NCBI GenBank assembly: GCA_963675755.2
Contig: CAXXMD010000002.1
Coordinates: forward strand, 736,001 to 800,000
Direction: 5' to 3'
Length of the DNA stretch: 64,000 nt
DNA from: a bacterium
GTDB taxonomy: Bacteria > Zhuqueibacterota > Zhuqueibacteria > Residuimicrobiales > Krinioviventaceae
Shown: positions 20,346 to 28,387 of the stretch, in pieces
How positions within the stretch are numbered: the stretch's first letter is position 1
Layout of the letters: each line of letters begins with the position of its first letter
Notes under the pieces: model-generated
Seen by the model: the letters and a program-made list of their open reading frames with translations, nothing else
What the model was told of the DNA's origin: nothing
The model's database searches: none
Translations under genes and position numbers: made by a program

Positions 20346-21628
20346 TTATCCATCCGCCTGTATATAGATTGTGCATGTGCTGTTAAAGCTTCACTGTTTG
20401 CAAATTTGATAATCTTGTTGCCATGCTTTTGAATGGCTTTTTGAGAATAATGGATAATACTGCTGGTTTTCAGAAAATCTTCTGTACGCAATGGACTGAA
20501 AAATCGTGCGGAACCATTTGTTGGCAATACGTGATTCGGACCTGCCCAATAATCTCCCACCGCTTCGGGTGAATAAGAACCTAAAAAGATTGCTCCCGCA
20601 TTTGTAATATTTTCAACAGCTTCCCATGCGTTTTCCACATGCAAACCCAAATGTTCAGGCGCAAGTCGATTAGATATTTCTATACATTCCTGCATAGAGT
20701 CAGCAAGGATTACAGCGCCATAATCTGTTAGCGATGAATCAATTATCTCTGAACGTTCGAGTAAATCGGTTTGCTTTTCCACCTGCTCTATTACATTATT
20801 GGCAAGGGTTTCTGAATCCGTAATAACGATTGATGATGCAAGCGGATCATGCTCTGCCTGGGCCAGTAAATCTGCTGCAACATATTCTGCGTTTGCCGTA
20901 GCATCTGCCAATACCACAACTTCACTTGGGCCCGCAACCATATCAATGCCACATTGACCGTATAGCATTTTCTTGGCAGTTGCGACATAGATGTTACCGG
21001 GACCTACGATCTTGTCTACACGGGGTATGGTTGCCGTACCAAATGCCATTGATGCAATTGCCTGTGCGCCTCCTACACGAAAAACACGGGTTATACCCAG
21101 TTCGTATGCCGCGGCAAGGATTGTTGGATTAACATTTCCATCTTTATCCGCAGGAGTGGTAACAATAATCTCCTTAACACCGGCAACCTGTGCCGGTACT
21201 ACACCCATCAGCATTGAAGATGGATACGCGGCACGACCACCGGGCACATATACACCTACTCGCTCAAGCGGCATGACACGCTGTCCCAGAACAACACCAT
21301 CCTCTTCCCAACTCATCCAGGATTGCGGTAATCCTTTACTGTGAAAACGCTTGATATTATCGCGTGATTCACGGATCACCTGTAGCAATTGCGGATCAAG
21401 ATCGGCATGTGCTTTTTTCAATACGTCGAGAGGCACCTTGATACCCATTGCGGAAAGATCTACATTGTCAAATTTTTCCGTGTATTCCAAAAGCGCCGCA
21501 TCTTTACGCGTACGGATATTTTTAAGAATAACCGCAACGGCTTTATCGATTTCATCGGAAACCTGTGTACGTCTGGATTCAAATTTATCCAGAAAGGTCT
21601 TAATTTGTTCTTTTTGATAAAGATTCAT
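20342..21628 (-). CDS. hisD: Histidinol dehydrogenase
   Basis: VGVYVPGG, IDMVAGPSE, QAEHD, APEHL and GPNHVLPT motifs. Confidence 0.98.
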   Translation of the reverse strand: MNLYQKEQIKTFLDKFESRRTQVSDEIDKAVAVILKNIRTRKDAALLEYTEKFDNVDLSAMGIKVPLDVLKKAHADLDPQLLQVIRESRDNIKRFHSKGLPQSWMSWEEDGVVLGQRVMPLERVGVYVPGGRAAYPSSMLMGVVPAQVAGVKEIIVTTPADKDGNVNPTILAAAYELGITRVFRVGGAQAIASMAFGTATIPRVDKIVGPGNIYVATAKKMLYGQCGIDMVAGPSEVVVLADATANAEYVAADLLAQAEHDPLASSIVITDSETLANNVIEQVEKQTDLLERSEIIDSSLTDYGAVILADSMQECIEISNRLAPEHLGLHVENAWEAVENITNAGAIFLGSYSPEAVGDYWAGPNHVLPTNGSARFFSPLRTEDFLKTSSIIHYSQKAIQKHGNKIIKFANSEALTAHAQSIYRRMDK

Positions 21629-21642
21629 TTTTCTATCCGTTT

Positions 21643-22539
21643 TTAAAAAATGACTTTATTTAAAGGATACTCTATAATATCCTGTGCCCCTGCACGCTTG
21701 AGGGTCGGAATTAAATCTTTGACCATTTTTTCTTCAACAATAATCTCAACTGCAACCCAATCTTCACCATAAAGAGAAGAAATAGTTGGTTTTTTCATAG
21801 CCGGCAAAACATTAATCAATTCATCAATTTTATTTTTAGGAAGGTTCATCTTTAAACCTACCTTGCCTTCTGCCTGGATTGCGCTTTGCAATAGCATGTT
21901 TAAATCTTCAATTTTTTGACGCTTTTCTGGATTCTTCCAGCTTTCTTTATTGGCAATAATCAAAGTACGGGATTCTAAAAGTGTATCAATAATTCGTAAA
22001 TTGTTTGCGCGTAAAGAGCTTCCGGTTTCGGTTACTTCAACAATTGCATCAACCAGTGTAGGAGCTTTAACTTCTGTCGCTCCCCAGGAGAATTCAACTT
22101 CAGCATTAACACCATTTTTTTCAAGATAATCCTGGGTTAATTGCACAATTTCAGTAGCAATACGTTTACCTTCAAGATCTTTAACGCTCTTGATATCGGA
22201 ATCATTGGGTACAGCCAAAACCCAGCGAACAGGACGCATAGTAGCTTTTGCATAAGTCAACTCGCCGACTTCAACCACATCCGCGCGGTTTTCCATAACC
22301 CAGTCACGTCCGGTCAGACCGACATCAAACACACCGTCTTCAACATATTTTGCAATTTCCTGTGCACGGATCAAAATCGCCTGGATGTTTTCATCATCAA
22401 TGGATGGAAAATAAGAACGTGAACTGACTGAAAAATAATATCCTGCTTTTTCAAGCAATCTAAAAGTGGAATCCTGCAAGCTGCCTTTGGGTAAACCTAC
22501 CTTTAAAACTGTATCGTCTAATGTACTGAGGCTGGCCAT
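21643..22539 (-). CDS. hisG: ATP phosphoribosyltransferase, long form
   Basis: LPKGSL, GATE and [11 protein letters not shown] motifs; C-terminal regulatory domain. Confidence 0.97.
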   Translation of the reverse strand: MASLSTLDDTVLKVGLPKGSLQDSTFRLLEKAGYYFSVSSRSYFPSIDDENIQAILIRAQEIAKYVEDGVFDVGLTGRDWVMENRADVVEVGELTYAKATMRPVRWVLAVPNDSDIKSVKDLEGKRIATEIVQLTQDYLEKNGVNAEVEFSWGATEVKAPTLVDAIVEVTETGSSLRANNLRIIDTLLESRTLIIANKESWKNPEKRQKIEDLNMLLQSAIQAEGKVGLKMNLPKNKIDELINVLPAMKKPTISSLYGEDWVAVEIIVEEKMVKDLIPTLKRAGAQDIIEYPLNKVIF

Positions 22540-22569
22540 AATTCAATTCTCCTGATTTAATTCATAAAC

Positions 22570-22602
22570 AAAAAAAAAAGCCCACCGAAATTTCGGTGGG
22601 CT
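22570..22602 (-). terminator. his attenuator terminator
   Basis: Perfect 24-nt palindrome AGCCCACCGAAATTTCGGTGGGCT followed by U10 on the minus strand, upstream of hisG. Confidence 0.9.
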
Positions 22603-22648
22603 GTATTAAAAAAATTTATTTTATAGATATACTGGTCATCCCACCTAT

Positions 22649-22696
22649 TTAGGTTATGTGCAAATGGTGATGATGATGTACAGTATAATTTAGCAT
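22649..22696 (-). CDS. hisL: His operon leader peptide MLNYTVHHHHHLHIT
   Basis: 15 codons with 6 His codons (5 consecutive), AAGGA RBS, located between the promoter and the terminator. Confidence 0.9.
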   Translation of the reverse strand: MLNYTVHHHHHLHIT

Positions 22697-22720
22697 TTCA
22701 TTTCCTTAATTAATTAAAGG

Positions 22721-22749
22721 AATATAACATTGATTTTTATTAAATGCAA
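22721..22749 (-). promoter_or_regulatory. his operon promoter
   Basis: TTGCAT-17 nt-TATATT with a TG extension. Confidence 0.65.
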
Positions 22750-22763
22750 GGTTTTTTTGTTGA

Positions 22764-22884
22764 TTAGTTGTCAGCAGTCAGTATTCAGTTGTCAGAAGTC
22801 AGGTGAAACGTCAGATGTGAGATGGGGTAAAGCTGTAAGCTGTAAGTAAAGAGTAATCAGTAGTCAGTGATCAGTAATCAGTAA
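22764..22884. repeat. Degenerate tandem heptamer arrays (TCAGNNN, AGCTGTA)
   Basis: ttagttg tcagcag tcagtat tcagttg tcagaag tcaggtg ... tcagatg tgagatg ... agctgta agctgta ... tcagtag tcagtga tcagtaa tcagtaa. Confidence 0.85.
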
Positions 22885-22916
22885 AAACTTGAAACATGAT
22901 AAAAGAGCACAGAACC

Positions 22917-22969
22917 GGGCCTTGTCCTTCGATACGGTCCGTTTCACGGACCTACTCAGGAACCGGCCC
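22917..22969. repeat. REP-like palindrome (CCTTCGATAC-hairpin-CTACTCAGG type)
   Basis: GGTCCGT-TTC-ACGGACC inner stem inside a GGGCC...GGCCC outer stem. Confidence 0.55.
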
Positions 22970-22982
22970 TTTTATGCCTATA

Positions 22983-23059
22983 CTATTTTACCACCTCTTG
23001 TACACTTCACGAGCTACAACCAGCTCTTCATTGGTCTCTACAACTACAATTTTAACTTT
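22983..23059 (-). repeat. Orphan duplicate of the last 24 codons plus stop of the acetate kinase gene
   Basis: Aligns to 23145-23219 with a 44-bp identical core (23016-23059 = 23176-23219), six third-position substitutions and a 2-nt indel. Confidence 0.92.
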
Positions 23060-23062
23060 ATA

Positions 23063-23132
23063 CTCTGGTTCCGTGGCTCTGCCGCGGAACCGAAAATGAG
23101 TTTTCCGTGCCCAGGCAGAGCCAGGGCACGAG
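23063..23132. repeat. Inverted pair of GC-rich REP-like hairpins with CTCTG/CAGAG loops
   Basis: GGTTCCGTGG-CTCTG-CCGCGGAACC and CGTGCCCAGG-CAGAG-CCAGGGCACG in opposite orientation. Confidence 0.8.
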
Positions 23133-23144
23133 GAAAAACAAAAA

Positions 23145-24330
23145 TTATTTTACCACTTTATAGACTTCACGCGCAACAACCAGCTCTTCATTGGTCTCTA
23201 CAACTACAATTTTAACTTTGGATGAGGATTTAGAGATTACCGCCTCTCCTTTCACACTGTTATTCAGGTCTTCATCCAGTTCAATACCCAGGCATTCAAG
23301 TCCTGAACAAATCTCTTTGCGGAATGGCGCGCTCTTTTCTCCTATACCACCGGTAAAGGACAATACATCGCAGCCGCCTAAAACTGCATAATACGCACCG
23401 ATATAAGTTTTTACACGGTAACAGTAGGTCTGCATGGCAAGCAGCGCGCGTTTATCACCGGCAAGGGCATCCAGTTCAATTTGCAGAACGTCTTTGTTAC
23501 CGCCGGCAATTCCTGACAGTCCCCCTTGCGATTGCAGCAGCTCGGCTACTTCATCAACACTCAGGTTTTCTTCTTTTTGCAAAAACAATGGGATAAACGG
23601 ATCGAGATCTCCGCAGCGATTGGCATTTAACAGTCCACTTTGCGGAGAAAAGGACATGCTGGTATCCATGGACTCGCCGTTTTTAATTGCACACATGGAT
23701 GAGCTGCCACCCAAATGACAGGATATAACTTTGGCGTCATTGGGATCAATTCCGGCAAATGTTGGAGCATATTGTGAAATAAACCGGTGTGACGCTCCAT
23801 GAAATCCATATTTACGGATGCTGTGCTTTTGTTCCAGTTCATACGGAATACCGGTCGTATAAGCATAATCAGGTATGGTTTTGTGAAATGCCGGTTCAAA
23901 CAATCCCACACACGGGATTTCAGGCACCAGCGATTGAAAACTCTTGATGGCATTGATATATGGTGGATTATGGGCCGGGGGCCAGAAATACATAATCCTC
24001 CATGGCCTGCAACACCTTATCATCCAGAACGCGGCATTCAATCATGCCTTTACCATGTACAGTCTTGAAACCGATTGCACCCAATTCGCTCAATGATTTT
24101 AATACCTTGTCATTACCCACAAGACAATCGATACAGTATTGCAGAGCGTCAGTATAACCTTTAAATGACACGGTTTTCTTTTGCTCGGAATTCAACGCCT
24201 GAATGGATATCTTGGATTCAGGATAACCGATATTCTCAATCTTGCCGCTGGCAAGTATCTCTTCGGTTTCCATATCAAACAATTTGAATTTAAATGAAGT
24301 GCTGCCTACGTTGGCTACAAGAATTTTCAT
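23145..24330 (-). CDS. ackA: Acetate/propionate-family kinase; one apparent frameshift
   Basis: MKILVANVGSTSFK, LAPAHNPP (after removing +1 in the G5 run at 23977-23981), YGFHGASH, CHLGGSSS, FTGGIGE and TNEE motifs. Confidence 0.9.
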
Positions 24331-24337
24331 TTTTCCC

Positions 24338-25294
24338 TCAATTTTTTTGCTGCTTTTCATACATTTCAGCGGCCAGACACATGGCACCTACCATGCCAGC
24401 TTCATTACCCAATTGTGCACGTTTCAGTTTCAGACCGATCAGGTTGGGGCCCAGTGCATGCTTGCTCAATACTTTCCAAACCTCATCAATCAGTTCATCG
24501 CCCGCATCTGAAACTCCACCGCCAATAACAAATACTTCCGGATTAAATACATTTGCAAGACTGGCAAGTGCAAAACCCAGGTATTTGGCAGTTATTTCCA
24601 AAGTTTCTACGGCTTCTTTTTCACCTTCTTTAATCCTGGCAAAGATATATTCGGTATTAATCCCATCAATAGGGATACTTTTCAATTCACAGTAGGTTTC
24701 TACAATGCCGGTTGCCGAAGCGTATCTTTCAATACATCCAACATTATTACACGGACATGGTTTACCATTCAAATCTACAGACATGTGCCCAATTTCCGCA
24801 CCGGCAAAGTTATAACCCCGGTAAATTTCATTATTTAAAAGAATACCGCCGCCAATACCTGTGCCCAGTGTCAAAGCAATCATATAAGCAGCACCTTTAG
24901 CAGCACCCTGTCGTGCTTCAGCAAAGGCCATTACATTGGCGTCATTGTCTGCCCATGTGGGGATATTGTAACGTCCCACAATTTGCCCGCGTATATCTGC
25001 ATCTACCCATTTGGGTAAATTGGGAGTCGTACCCACTTGTTTTCCTGTTTCAAAATTGATAGCACCGGGACTCCCAAGTCCAATTGCAATAACTTTGGTA
25101 TCCATCTTTTCAGCTTCATCAAGCAATTCTTGAATAGAATCCAGAATTACCTCAAAAATCTTTTCCATACTTTCATGGGCTTTGCTTGGCGTTTTGCGAG
25201 ATATAATCAATTCACCATTTTTTGTGCCCAAAGCGTATTTTAAAAATGTTCCTCCCAGATCCAGACCAATTGCTAATTCCTTTTCCCTGGTCAT
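24338..25294 (-). CDS. ROK-family sugar kinase (glucokinase-like)
   Basis: DLGGT, NDAN, TLGTGIGGG and EIGH..CPC..GCIE motifs. Confidence 0.92.
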   Translation of the reverse strand: MTREKELAIGLDLGGTFLKYALGTKNGELIISRKTPSKAHESMEKIFEVILDSIQELLDEAEKMDTKVIAIGLGSPGAINFETGKQVGTTPNLPKWVDADIRGQIVGRYNIPTWADNDANVMAFAEARQGAAKGAAYMIALTLGTGIGGGILLNNEIYRGYNFAGAEIGHMSVDLNGKPCPCNNVGCIERYASATGIVETYCELKSIPIDGINTEYIFARIKEGEKEAVETLEITAKYLGFALASLANVFNPEVFVIGGGVSDAGDELIDEVWKVLSKHALGPNLIGLKLKRAQLGNEAGMVGAMCLAAEMYEKQQKN

Positions 25295-25335
25295 TCAACC
25301 TCCATAGTTCTTGTTAACCCAAACTCCTCGATAAA

Positions 25336-26082
25336 TTACCTGAATAGTTTTTGCACATTTTCATAGGCTTCTAACGTACCAATATCATAATATGCTTCTT
25401 GCATAATATGTGCAAAAACCGGTTTTTGTTGATACAGCCAGCCGGTAAAATTGCCGGGTGCATCGGGATTGTTTCCTTCATCCAGATATTTTTTAATTAA
25501 AGGTAATGTTTCTTTTCTATACAAATAAAATGCTGGTGCTACATAATTTGATTTTGGCTGTTGGGGTTTTTCCTCAAATCCAATAATTTGCTGGTTTTCA
25601 TCCAATTCCATTATACCGGAACGTTGAAGCTTTTCCAGATTATCAACAGGATGTGCCAACACCACATCAGCCTGTTTTTCTCTATACATGGCCAGCATAT
25701 CTACAAACGATGATTTGTACACATTATCACCGGCAGTAACCAAAAGCTCACTATCAATCTTGTGTTTATCAACAACAAATTGAATATCCGCAATGGCACC
25801 CAAGCGGGTTTCGTTGCTGGCTGTACCATCGTTTACAATGACAATATCAAACTGGGGAAAAATCTTTTTTTCATTGATTTCACTGGCCCAGTTTTCAAAA
25901 ACAGATGAAAATTTATCATTGGTAACAATATATACTTTATCAATACAATTCAATTCTACAAAATCATCAAGAATATATTCTACAAGGGTTTTATTACCCA
26001 GTTGTAATAAAGGTTTAGGACGATCTTTTGTTAGTGGATACAAACGGGTAGCATAACCCGCAGCTAGTATGATTGCCTGCAT
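25336..26082 (-). CDS. Sugar-phosphate nucleotidyltransferase family protein
   Basis: ILAAGYATRLYPLT..PKPLL, FEEKP and DIGT motifs. Confidence 0.9.
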   Translation of the reverse strand: MQAIILAAGYATRLYPLTKDRPKPLLQLGNKTLVEYILDDFVELNCIDKVYIVTNDKFSSVFENWASEINEKKIFPQFDIVIVNDGTASNETRLGAIADIQFVVDKHKIDSELLVTAGDNVYKSSFVDMLAMYREKQADVVLAHPVDNLEKLQRSGIMELDENQQIIGFEEKPQQPKSNYVAPAFYLYRKETLPLIKKYLDEGNNPDAPGNFTGWLYQQKPVFAHIMQEAYYDIGTLEAYENVQKLFR

Positions 26083-26132
26083 AGATTCAATACTCCATAA
26101 ACTTTAGAAATTTTAGAAATAGTGTAGGAAAA

Positions 26133-26435
26133 TCAGGATAATTTATAAACAGAATCCTTTACGCGCTCAAATGTAACCGTTTGCCCAAAATGTGGACGAA
26201 AGGTTTTGATAAATGGCGTAAGGTCTATTCTGTAATGAACATGTGGCTTTTGTGGACCTCTGCACCAACAATTCACAATTGAAATTTTTGAATCATACGT
26301 TTCATCTTTAACAACAACCTGAAAAGAAACATCAGGCTTTGGAAAAAGCTTCAAGCTGTCTTGCAAAATCATTACATATCTTCCATTTGCCTCGTCGCTT
26401 GAAAGTTTTCTTTTATATATAATTTTTCTATCCAT
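26133..26435 (-). CDS. Hypothetical protein; possible B3/EcoRII-N-like pseudobarrel with a CxC..HxH insert
   Basis: Fits the operon spacing; fold guess is from visual pattern only. Confidence 0.6.
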   Translation of the reverse strand: MDRKIIYKRKLSSDEANGRYVMILQDSLKLFPKPDVSFQVVVKDETYDSKISIVNCWCRGPQKPHVHYRIDLTPFIKTFRPHFGQTVTFERVKDSVYKLS

Positions 26436-26443
26436 TTTAACCC

Positions 26444-27028
26444 TCAGGATTTATTTTGTGGTTTGAAATAAAGTTCTTCATCTTCTTCATAAAGATTTTC
26501 AGCATAAAACCGATCCACTTCATCAAGTGTTACAGGTTTATTTGAAGGAAAGCCTTCAAGGTCATCATTATCAATCCACTCTAATGTGGAAAGATCTGCT
26601 CTGTCAATATACAGTGTACCATTTAAATGATCAATTTCGTGCTGCATGACTATTGCCAACAACCCTTTGGCAGTAATTTCAACAGGTTCACCCTTTTCGT
26701 TCAAAGCTTTTACCACAACTTTGGTATATCTGGGCACATTTGCCTGCAAACCCGGCAAACTCAAACAACCTTCACCACCTTCTTCCATGGATTCGCTGTG
26801 CGCAACAATTTCAGGGTTGATAAGAATATAGGTGTTATCAAAATCATGAGCAACAATAACTCGTTTTAATACATTTACCTGGTTGGCTGCCAGTCCCACG
26901 CCATCTCTTTCATGCATGGTTTCAACCATATCTTTTAAAAACTGCTCATCCAGCTCTTCGGGTTTTACAGGTTCTGCAACGGTACGTAATGTAGGATGAC
27001 CGTAATAGATTACATCAAGAATTGCCAT
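26444..27028 (-). CDS. def: Peptide deformylase
   Basis: GVGLAANQ, EGCLS and QHEIDHLNG motifs. Confidence 0.97.
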   Translation of the reverse strand: MAILDVIYYGHPTLRTVAEPVKPEELDEQFLKDMVETMHERDGVGLAANQVNVLKRVIVAHDFDNTYILINPEIVAHSESMEEGGEGCLSLPGLQANVPRYTKVVVKALNEKGEPVEITAKGLLAIVMQHEIDHLNGTLYIDRADLSTLEWIDNDDLEGFPSNKPVTLDEVDRFYAENLYEEDEELYFKPQNKS

Positions 27029-27037
27029 GATTTTTCC

Positions 27038-27502
27038 TTAATTATTTTCTCGTCTCTCTTTGCGCGCTTTACGTCTTGCACCTGCCTGATCCCATCTTTT
27101 AAGTTCTTCAGGGGTTTCAGCGTGTAATTCCGGTAACTTGCAGGGTTTGTGATCTTTGGTCATACCGACTATAATAAAATAGGCTTTGGCCGCTAAAAAT
27201 TTATCTCCATTATAGGTATTGCTGGCCCATACTTCAACCTGAACATCCATTGATGTGGTAAATGTTCTGCAAAGAATGGCTGTAACAGTTATAACGTGAC
27301 CAACCTGTATGGGTTTGAAGAATGTAACGGATTCGACAGAAACAGTTGTAACCCTGGCTTCTGAATGTCGCCTTGCACAGATTGCAGAGGTTTCATCCAT
27401 CAGATTTAACAAATGACCACCAAAAATAGTACCGATGGTATTTGCATGTTCTGGCATTGCCAGTGTACTGGATTCTGTATAAGAATCAATTGGCTTTTTC
27501 AT
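27038..27502 (-). CDS. Acyl-CoA thioesterase (YciA-like hotdog fold)
   Basis: HANTIGTIFGGHLLNLMD; ATGA overlap with lipA. Confidence 0.9.
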   Translation of the reverse strand: MKKPIDSYTESSTLAMPEHANTIGTIFGGHLLNLMDETSAICARRHSEARVTTVSVESVTFFKPIQVGHVITVTAILCRTFTTSMDVQVEVWASNTYNGDKFLAAKAYFIIVGMTKDHKPCKLPELHAETPEELKRWDQAGARRKARKERRENN

Positions 27503-28365
27503 GCTGCGGCTCCACAACCAGAATACTGCTCATCCGCATGATACGAACTGCGAACCAATGGACCGGATTCGATATGATCAAATCCCAATCCCAGGCCAAT
27601 TTGCTTATATTGTTCAAACTCTTCAGGAGTAACAAACCGTTCTATAGCCAAATGGTCTTTTGTTGGCTGCAAGTACTGACCAATTGTCAAAATTTTGCAA
27701 TTAACAGCCAGCAAATCTTTCATCAAATCTACTATCTCGTCAAGTGTTTCACCCACACCAACCATTATACCAGATTTTGTAACAGCTCCCATCTTGAAAG
27801 CATTTTCTAAAACAGTAAGAGATTGTTTGTAATTTGCTTGCGGCCTTACTTTGCTGTATAATGAAGGTACGGTTTCAACATTGTGGTTCAAAATGTCAGG
27901 GCCGGCATCGAGCACAGTTTTTAAAGCTTCAATATTCCCTTTGAAATCAGGGATCAACACTTCAATCTTACAATCGGGTTGCTTTTCCTGAATCAGGCGA
28001 ATAGTTTCTGCAAAATGGGCTGAACCTCCATCTGCAAGATCATCACGGGTAACCGAAGTTACAACTGCATATCGTAAATCCAGTGCTTTAACTGCATTTG
28101 CAACACGTCTGGGCTCATCAGCATCCAGCTCGCCGGGTTTTCCGGTTGTCACTGCACAAAAACGGCAGTTACGTGTACAAATATCTCCTAGAATCATGAA
28201 TGTTGCAGTACGGCGACTCCAACACTCTCCCTGATTAGGACATCTGGCACTTTGACAAACAGTAAACAGGTTTTCATCCTGTATGATCTCATTCACCTTG
28301 GAATAATCATTGCCACCCGGCAGCTTAATTTTTAACCAATGGGGTCTTCTTTTATATATTTTCAT
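27499..28365 (-). CDS. lipA: Lipoyl synthase
   Basis: CQSARCPNQGEC, CTRNCRFC and RSSY motifs. Confidence 0.97.
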   Translation of the reverse strand: MKIYKRRPHWLKIKLPGGNDYSKVNEIIQDENLFTVCQSARCPNQGECWSRRTATFMILGDICTRNCRFCAVTTGKPGELDADEPRRVANAVKALDLRYAVVTSVTRDDLADGGSAHFAETIRLIQEKQPDCKIEVLIPDFKGNIEALKTVLDAGPDILNHNVETVPSLYSKVRPQANYKQSLTVLENAFKMGAVTKSGIMVGVGETLDEIVDLMKDLLAVNCKILTIGQYLQPTKDHLAIERFVTPEEFEQYKQIGLGLGFDHIESGPLVRSSYHADEQYSGCGAAA

Positions 28366-28387
28366 AATACCATGTATATTTTATTGA

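Noticed and set aside
22690-22701. Mini-ORF ATG AAA TGC TAA overlapping the leader start
   Set aside because: Its ATG abuts the SD sequence; the downstream ATG has proper spacing and yields the His-rich peptide
22889-23215. 108-aa plus-strand ORF with an internal peptide repeat
   Set aside because: The repeat is just the antisense reading of the duplicated ackA tail; the ORF crosses REP hairpins and has no recognisable domain
22764-23219. Possible CRISPR array or DGR template/variable repeat pair
   Set aside because: There is no regular repeat-spacer period and no cas gene. The differences between the two copies are at synonymous sites rather than adenine-specific, and no reverse transcriptase is present.
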